Shown here: piece after piece, positions 57,001 to 64,000 of the stretch
Layout of the letters: each line of letters opens with the position of its first letter
Position numbering within the stretch: position 1 is the stretch's first letter
Source: Halocafeteria seosinensis
Taxonomy: Eukaryota
Assembly: GCA_001687465.1 (NCBI GenBank)
Contig: LVLI01000242.1
Coordinates: 1 to 64,000, forward strand
Length of the DNA: 64,000 nt
Reading direction: 5' to 3'
Program-made: the position numbers and the translations under genes
Notes under the pieces: generated by a model
What the model saw: only the letters and a program-made list of their open reading frames with translations
Databases searched by the model: none
Told to the model about the DNA's origin: nothing

Positions 57001-57912
57001 GAACGTTGATTGATACTTTCATGAAATTAGAGATATTGGAATTTCAGTCCGCATATGGTTTTCCTTCACCCTATGTACAACCCTAGGAAGAATTTAAAGA
57101 CTAACGCTCTTTGGATCAGACAGACAATGGAGGAAGACAGGAAGAAGTCTTCTGAACAACTACTTGAGTGAAACGTATTCTGTCCTTTAGGGTTTTTTGT
57201 CACGCTGGTGGAAACCAGTCTTCGTCAAGCAACGCATAAAATGGTCGACAATGAGCTTTGCTCCGAAGTGAAACATCCATGATTCAAGGGCTCGGTGACA
57301 CGTGCACTCTTACGAACATGATAATTTGCAAGACGAATTGGAAACAATTATGCTTTCGCTTTACGACATATTGTAGGTTCGTGGTACCTGGGTAGTACAC
57401 TACACTTCTTCCCGTTGGAGCAATACTGTTTGTACATCGTGCACGATACACGTGCTAGGCGACTAGCTAGACAATCAACACCGTCGTACGCTACCCATTC
57501 AGTGCGAGCTCTACTTCTAAGCAACTGTGCATCAATTGCTTCACTGGACCTTGACGACTTACCAGGGTCGTACATACCTTGCTGCGCTCTCCTTGTCCTG
57601 AATGCTTTCCACCTCCTGCGTCGTTCACGACTGTTGACTTTTCCCGATGAAGATAAGTGCTGCTGGTCGCTCGATAACCTTCCAGTAATGTGTATAGGAG
57701 TATCCTGAATCCTGTAGTTTCGAGGATTAACGGATAACAATAGCCTACACTGCGCTAGCCATACCAGGTAGTATAGTCAAGCTGTGTATAACGCTGATGC
57801 ATTGCGCGACGCGCTTGAAGGATAATGTTCACACATTACAAGCGTGCATGCCAAGGCCAGACGAGCAATGAGCACTGCTATGTATGCTTGGCGGAGAGTT
57901 ACAAGAGTGCTT

Positions 57913-60423
57913 TCACCTTCGGGATAGTGCGGATTGTATTCGCTTAATTCTTTGCGGGGGTGAGTTGTGTAGCACCGCCAACTCTACAATGACTCTCCAT
58001 CCCGCTTGTCGCAGTGCCCGAACGCTCCAGTTAACACGGGGAAGCGCATCCATGGGAAACGTTACACCCTGGGCATTCCGAGGTGACGTTATCTTGACCA
58101 GTTTACCAGAGTTATCTCTGGCTGATTGACCTAACCTCTCGAGCTCAAAAGATGGTGCTGTATCTCGGGCGGCTGCCACTGACCGCCGTAAATCGTACAC
58201 AGTCGTTGTTTCTGGGCGTTCATGGCGACTACGCTTTGCTGCGGTTTCCAACATAGTGTCCGAAACGGTATTAGCCGGAGTGCACTGTCCAGCATGAACA
58301 CCCATGAAAGCCACTTTTTCTTTCGGAAAAGCGACATCAACTCGCACACCAGCCTCTTCGACCCAGTAACCCATCAAAATCTCGGAAACACGTGGATGCG
58401 TCAATGTTTCATCAACGTTGGAAATAGGATACATGGTTTCAAGCTCTGAAATATCAGTCTGTACCTGATCCACTGAGAATCGGATGGTTCCTGACTCAGA
58501 CAAGAACTGTTTTGCGGCTACGGCAAGTTTAGATCGAAACGCTGTCAGCCTCCAAGGCATATTCATTTCCGCAGCCTTGCAGGATCCGATTAACTGCGGA
58601 TTTGATTCAAGTAAATGAGCCACATCGGAACGCGGTCTAGACTGTAATATATCCATCAAAGCGCGATAAAGCATACGAACGATAAAGGCATGAAACTGGG
58701 AAACATCAGCGTCACCAGCTACAGAGCCTTTAGGGATATACATCTCTTCTCCATTTTCTAGCGCAAACCGTCCAAATGTCTGAGTAACATCAGGATTGAC
58801 TGCTTCAACCCCATCTGGAGCAATTTCTAGTATTCTCTTCGCCAGAGTCAACGACGTCTCAGGTTTCCAAAATTGACTGCAGTGCATGGCCGCCAAGCAC
58901 AGGGTGGCTTGCTTGAAATCGAGGAGGTGTGCCATCGACTTGATGTGTTGAGACGCAGCTATGAAGACCCGCGTTGCCGGAACCCCGCTGTGAGCGAATC
59001 CCCATAGTATTTCGCTAAGGTGCTGGGCATAAATGGAAGACGAAGGAGACTGAACCAACACTTCCGGAAGTCGGGAACGAATCAGTTCAAACAGTTCTGG
59101 GGCAAATACACGACCCGCACTTAAACCATGTAACATAGAGGAAAGTTCTTCTACACCAAAGGAATTCCTGTATCCAGAGAGAGGATGATATAGAGCTTCT
59201 AAAACTGGTTGGATGTTGACGCTGCTGTCAAAACGTGCCAGACTCTGAAGACCCGCCACCGTTCGCGGTAGTTCTTCCACACTTGGCCAGAAAGTTTCAT
59301 CATTCATCCGATTCTCTGGCGGAGCAGTATCACTCCAGGCTAGTTTCTCAATCGTGGAAGACGTGCTGTGGGTGTCCACAGTTTCATCCCCCGAGCGACG
59401 CCATCCCCATGAAGGATGAAAAGCAAACCGGGTTCTAATTTCCTCGGTCACGCTCCTTAACGAGTCCACAGACTCCAAATTCACACCAAGACGTCCCAAA
59501 GTGACAACAAATAATGAAAGGTCATGATAGCTACAGTCCTGCAGATGTGATTCCAAATATTGCAGAAGGGAGTCTATGAACCGGCTTGGGGTATATCCAA
59601 GCAGCGTACATCCCCATGTCAGCAGTGCAAACTCTTTGGGAGAGAAATCGTCTTTTCGCTCCATTGCTTCTTTTGCGATCCCAATGCTTATTTGTTTACA
59701 CGATCGCTGGTCAAGAACGTCATGAAAACTCGCATAAGACCAGGCCAGGACTGACAAATCATACGTCGTAAATTGACTTATTGTTCGTGCAATATACGGA
59801 GATGCCTTGACAAAGATTTCAGGCAACGGAGCCTCAATCTTACTAACTGCCCATAGCAGAAGACAAAAGTGTTTCGGGTTCTTGAAATTATGCACATTTT
59901 CGCCAGCCTGTTCCACAATCGCATCCAATAGCTCCATACCATGTGGAGATCGCTGTAGTTGTTTCTGTGCAATGCTGTGAGAGATTACACCGTAGTGTGA
60001 ACTTTCGAATTGTTGTGGATGTTCACGAAGAAGCGTCAAAGTCCGTTTGAGTATTCGCACGACACGTTGGTCGAAATAGTCATGGAATAATGGTTCTTCG
60101 AGTTTCCCCAATTTATGAAACGCAGTGGCCAAGTTGGTGGCATTCACAACATCTTCCGACTCTTCTAAAATTCCGGTAAGTTCATCCCATGAAGTAGCAG
60201 CGAGTAACTTCTTGTTCACACGCTGGGCGGCACTTGTTATCGTCCCTTTTCTCTTTGCAGGACCCTCTTTATCGCTCATAGACTGTATGTGCCGCGATAT
60301 CTGCCGTGACCGTCCATACACGGACACCAGTCGTGCTGACGCCTGTGCGCATGCACAGTGGGCGTACACTCGCGGTACACCCACACGAGCCGCCCATCGC
60401 GCTAAATGAATCATACTCATCAT
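57913..60423 (-). CDS. Organellar helical-repeat RNA-binding protein with C-terminal RAP domain (FASTK/OPR-like)
   Basis: Arg-rich presequence; repeats like 'FTTYDLSVLAWSYA' and 'FSPKEFALLTWG'; 'VRVDVAFPKEKVAF' ... 'RALRQAGWRVIV' RAP-type end. Confidence 0.8.
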   Translation of the reverse strand: MMSMIHLARWAARVGVPRVYAHCACAQASARLVSVYGRSRQISRHIQSMSDKEGPAKRKGTITSAAQRVNKKLLAATSWDELTGILEESEDVVNATNLATAFHKLGKLEEPLFHDYFDQRVVRILKRTLTLLREHPQQFESSHYGVISHSIAQKQLQRSPHGMELLDAIVEQAGENVHNFKNPKHFCLLLWAVSKIEAPLPEIFVKASPYIARTISQFTTYDLSVLAWSYASFHDVLDQRSCKQISIGIAKEAMERKDDFSPKEFALLTWGCTLLGYTPSRFIDSLLQYLESHLQDCSYHDLSLFVVTLGRLGVNLESVDSLRSVTEEIRTRFAFHPSWGWRRSGDETVDTHSTSSTIEKLAWSDTAPPENRMNDETFWPSVEELPRTVAGLQSLARFDSSVNIQPVLEALYHPLSGYRNSFGVEELSSMLHGLSAGRVFAPELFELIRSRLPEVLVQSPSSSIYAQHLSEILWGFAHSGVPATRVFIAASQHIKSMAHLLDFKQATLCLAAMHCSQFWKPETSLTLAKRILEIAPDGVEAVNPDVTQTFGRFALENGEEMYIPKGSVAGDADVSQFHAFIVRMLYRALMDILQSRPRSDVAHLLESNPQLIGSCKAAEMNMPWRLTAFRSKLAVAAKQFLSESGTIRFSVDQVQTDISELETMYPISNVDETLTHPRVSEILMGYWVEEAGVRVDVAFPKEKVAFMGVHAGQCTPANTVSDTMLETAAKRSRHERPETTTVYDLRRSVAAARDTAPSFELERLGQSARDNSGKLVKITSPRNAQGVTFPMDALPRVNWSVRALRQAGWRVIVELAVLHNSPPQRIKRIQSALSRR

Positions 60424-60731
60424 CGTTTACTTGTAAATACTGCCTGTGTGTGGAGAAGTCAGTCACTCACTCGGACACCATTGTACGACGCCACGGGCGC
60501 ACGATAATCAGCACCACTACCACTGCACGAGAGGGTCGAAACTAACAAACACGAAATCATTGACAATACCTATGGTACAAGCAATTGTAGCAGGAAGTGT
60601 GCATGTAGGACGAAGAGTCAACCCATCGGTCGCAAGATCCCCGATCCTCTTAAAGTACACCAGTATGAGACATATATAAAGCATTGATCACACCAGATGC
60701 AATATTCATATGGAAAGAGAGGGAGGGGACC

Positions 60732-61795
60732 ATGGGGTCGTCATTGCAGTATGCGCGATGGAGCGTCGATGTGAGTGGATTCCCCAGTCCATTCATTGAC
60801 TTCAATTATATATGTGTGTATGTATCATGTTGGGGTTATGCTTGCAGCCGAATCGCGTGATTGTTATGGATGCACCCACGGGGTGCTGCTTGTTCGATAA
60901 GAAATACAGATGGAGAACTGCGGTCACCTCTCATTCTGTATGTAATCTCCTGCGCTCCTTTCTCCAGTTATCCAGAGACATTGACTGTGGAGGTGGGTGT
61001 ACATGTTTTGCTTCCTAAATTAACCTTGAGAGGGATATGTGACGGACCGACTTAGTGCAGAATTGCATTCGGCCCAATTTGCCATCGCGGACGAACAAAT
61101 GGAACTCATTGTAGCCCGCAGTGATCGAGTCTTCCTGGCACTGTTCCATGATGTCACAAACCCCGCTGTAGTAAGTCTGTCGACAAGTATATACTTTTTG
61201 TTAGTTAGATGCATTATGCCGTGTGTCTTGGCAACAGTATGCACGAGAAACAGCCGAAAGAATGATCCGAAGTCTACTGAACGAATTCGAGAGAAGCTTT
61301 GTGGACGTGTTGAAGAATTTCTCAGAGATGCAACTAAAGAAAGCTTACAACGGGGATCTGGAGCTGGAGGCGTCGATTTTTGCAGCGTTTGAAAACTTTG
61401 AAGAATTTGTTAGTCAAACTGTTTCCAAGTTTTCCTCAGGAAAGGCGGAGGACGAAGAGCAACAACAACCTCCATCGGCTGACGAGGATGAAACGGAAGG
61501 GTCCTCCACGCCTTCCGAAGCCACCGCCAGGTCAAACATCGAGCAGCGCACGCCACAACACTACCGGACAATGCCGCGGGGCTATCATAGTAAAGGTCAT
61601 CAATCATACACTGAAGACTATCATCCAAGGCGATTAGAGCGGGCGGATGCTCGTACTCAATATAGGGCAGATACTAATGACGATACAAATGAAGTTCGAC
61701 CCGGAACTGCGCAACCAGCGAAGGTGCGGTTTAAGTCTACTGTTCCGCCAAGCCCTAGTGAAGACGAAAGGCAGGACCGAAGTACAACCCACTAA
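60732..61795 (+). CDS. Hypothetical protein, possibly longin-like N-terminal domain (multi-exon)
   Basis: Spliced frame 'NRVIVMDAPTGCCLFDKKY...LLRSFLQLS...VFLALFHD...RMIRSLLNEFERSF', then a disordered tail. Confidence 0.55.
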
Positions 61796-62376
61796 TCGTG
61801 AAACCCGAACAAGTACCACGTGGTACGTCAGTTAAAAAGGGTAGCACGCAATCTAAGCGAACCACGGTGAAGCGAATTTGACGAGGATTCTGAACAGATA
61901 AGAATGACTCTAAGCAGTACAGCTATTCCATGCTCATCAGGAACGTATTGTACCCCTCCATTTGGGGAATCACGATCCAGACAGGGATAGCAGGAGCATC
62001 CTCAGCGCCCTGTAAAATCCTAGCACATACGTTGCAAGAAAATGAAAAATACGCTTCCATGAGAGCGGTTGTGTGTTAACTGGTAACTGCAGTACCGCGG
62101 TAAGTAGCTCGTGGAACTCGAGCTGGGAGAGTAACTCGCGGTAACAAAAGCAAGCGAGACTGGATTAGTATAACCGTTAATTACAATCGACTAACGTACA
62201 ATGTACCCAAGATACATCGATTCCACACACACACTGTACAAGACAACTACACTTGTGGCCACGATTCCTCGTCGAACTGGCTAACTGGTCGAAAAGATTG
62301 TTGCATTGGGCGTAAACGCGCAGCATTTGGAGTCTGTCTGGAAGGGTTGTCAACAGCATACGCTCCCAAAACCACA

Positions 62377-64000
62377 ATGGCACAGTCGGCGCAAAATGGA
62401 GCGCCGCCACCGGCGGCGGCGGTGGAGCAGCCGTCGGCGGATGAACTCCCGTATATGCCCATGGAGAAGATCTTGGAAGAGGGGCAAGATCTGGGAAATA
62501 GCACCCAACAATTCAAACGGGTTTTTCTGGAAGTGGTTCTGCGGCAGTACGTCATATTGAGAGGTTCTGCTCTTGTCTGCATCTTATTGGATCCATTGAT
62601 GCAGGAAAAAAGGCATGGGGAGCAGTGACAAAGAGAGCCAAGGAGGACCGTACTCGGACCCTGCCAAGACCCGGGAGGAATTTGTCCGTAGAGATTTCCT
62701 GAGGGTACGTGTTAAAACAAAACTGTGTGGATGTGATGTGCTTACTCTTCCCCATGGAATGGCAGATCCTGGATCGAACATTTGGAGAACGATGCTTTTC
62801 CGAATTCCCTCATCCAGGCTGGATGACCGCCGGAGAAAACATACATACTGCCCAATTCCAAGATGTACGTATTCGTCACTTCGCTGCTTCCTCGTGCGAT
62901 GAAGGAAAAGCATGTTTCGGTCTCAACAACTTGACGCAGTGGTACGACCAAAATTTGTTAGTGAAGAGAGGAGTCTCCAAAGACGAGGACAGTCGTGCAG
63001 AAGCATCGCTTCGTCTGCATCGGTTATACACAATGCATACAGATGAACATGAAGAGTCTTTGTTCAACATCGTGAAAGTGTCCACTGAATGGTACCCATT
63101 CCCCGAAAAATGGCTTCCTACGCCAAGTCAATTGGACGTTTACAATGGCAAAATTGATTCCCAATCCCTCATCGGCCAGTTACTTGTGAAACGGCGAACT
63201 TCTAACCTCAACGAGATTACGATCTCAATGAGCAAGTGGTTCCGTGGCAGCAAACATGGGAATTTTCCTTGCTTACGGGATCGAACATTTCAGAAAGCAA
63301 TTTTAGCGCCACCGGAATACATAATCGTTCTCTACTTTTTGCATTTCCCTCTCTCTGCTGCTTCCCAAAGATATGTAACTCCCGCGTCGGTACTAGGAGT
63401 TCCTCCAGATCTGGACCAGCCCCTCTGTTACTCTGCTGTAGAATACCTCGGAGATATTAGCTCCTACTGTCACATCGTTGCAGATCACGTGGAGTCGCTT
63501 CTCCAACATCCCTCGGAGAAATATCTGAAAGAACACCCACCGAGAGCTCTGGAAGAGGCACTAAAGCAGGCGCTCAACGCTAGCGAGATGACGACAGATA
63601 AGGCAATCTCTGGATTCTACCTGAGGGGTGTCATCGAGTACTGGTTGTCCAGTGAAGTCGCATCCGTTTCGGAAAGATCGGGTCAGCGTAATTCTCTTCC
63701 TCGTCTGCTATTAAGGAGTATAGCCGTACTGCTAAATTATATTTGTTCAGAATCCAGTCTATACCGAGCCGTATCCATGAGCTGTTTAGCTACTCAAGCG
63801 CTGATGTTGGAGAAAGGTACAGCTATACGGGGCAAAATGGTCGTGCCAGTATCTCTGGGAACAAGCCAACCGCCCACAAGGAGCCCTTACAGTGAAGACG
63901 TCCATGGATTCGACTACCGCCAGGATACCTCGTTGACAAATGAAGAACTGCTGACCATGGTACCGTCATTGACAGCAGTCTCCCGTTCATTGCATCGGCC
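62377..64000 (+). CDS. Hypothetical multi-exon protein, truncated by the window end
   Basis: ATG at 62377, several GT-AG-bounded exons, and a long stop-free frame from ~63441 to the end (YLGDISSYCHIVADHVESLL...). Confidence 0.55.

Noticed and set aside
57348..57740. Short ORFs at 57348-57740, 9556-9966, 116-406 and 22800-23469
   Set aside because: No recognisable motifs or convincing splice structure; may be decayed sequence.

Overview
Gene-dense, intron-rich eukaryotic genomic DNA. Introns are mostly ~55-80 nt GT-AG, and many are stop-free so the ORF track reads through them. Gene content suggests a protist, possibly a stramenopile, but the taxon cannot be fixed from sequence alone. About 20 spliced protein genes are supportable: leishmanolysin/M8 protease with EGF repeats, mtRF-R/C12orf65-like GGQ factor, aspartyl aminopeptidase, ankyrin-repeat protein, FIH-like JmjC hydroxylase, NPC1-N-terminal-domain-only protein, RGS protein, Borealin-like protein, PA14 protein, CDPK-like kinase, eIF4A-III, ABCA transporter, a large Cys-repeat receptor, selenoprotein T, adenylosuccinate lyase, an SDR, a RAP-domain protein and others. 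An accessory island (~19.5-31 kb) holds a MULE transposase with an inverted partial copy, two of three (CA)n-anchored stem-loop repeats, and an intronless ORF with two helical repeats plus a GIY-YIG/T5orf172-like domain. The most notable signals are: (1) a UGA-recoded SelT with a candidate SECIS carrying an unusual branched apex; (2) the repeat + GIY-YIG-like orphan ORF; (3) a Mu-killer-like transposase fold-back; (4) a 7x unnamed Cys-rich extracellular domain; (5) a microsatellite-tailed dispersed element. All calls are by eye, with no database searches, and exon boundaries are approximate unless stated.
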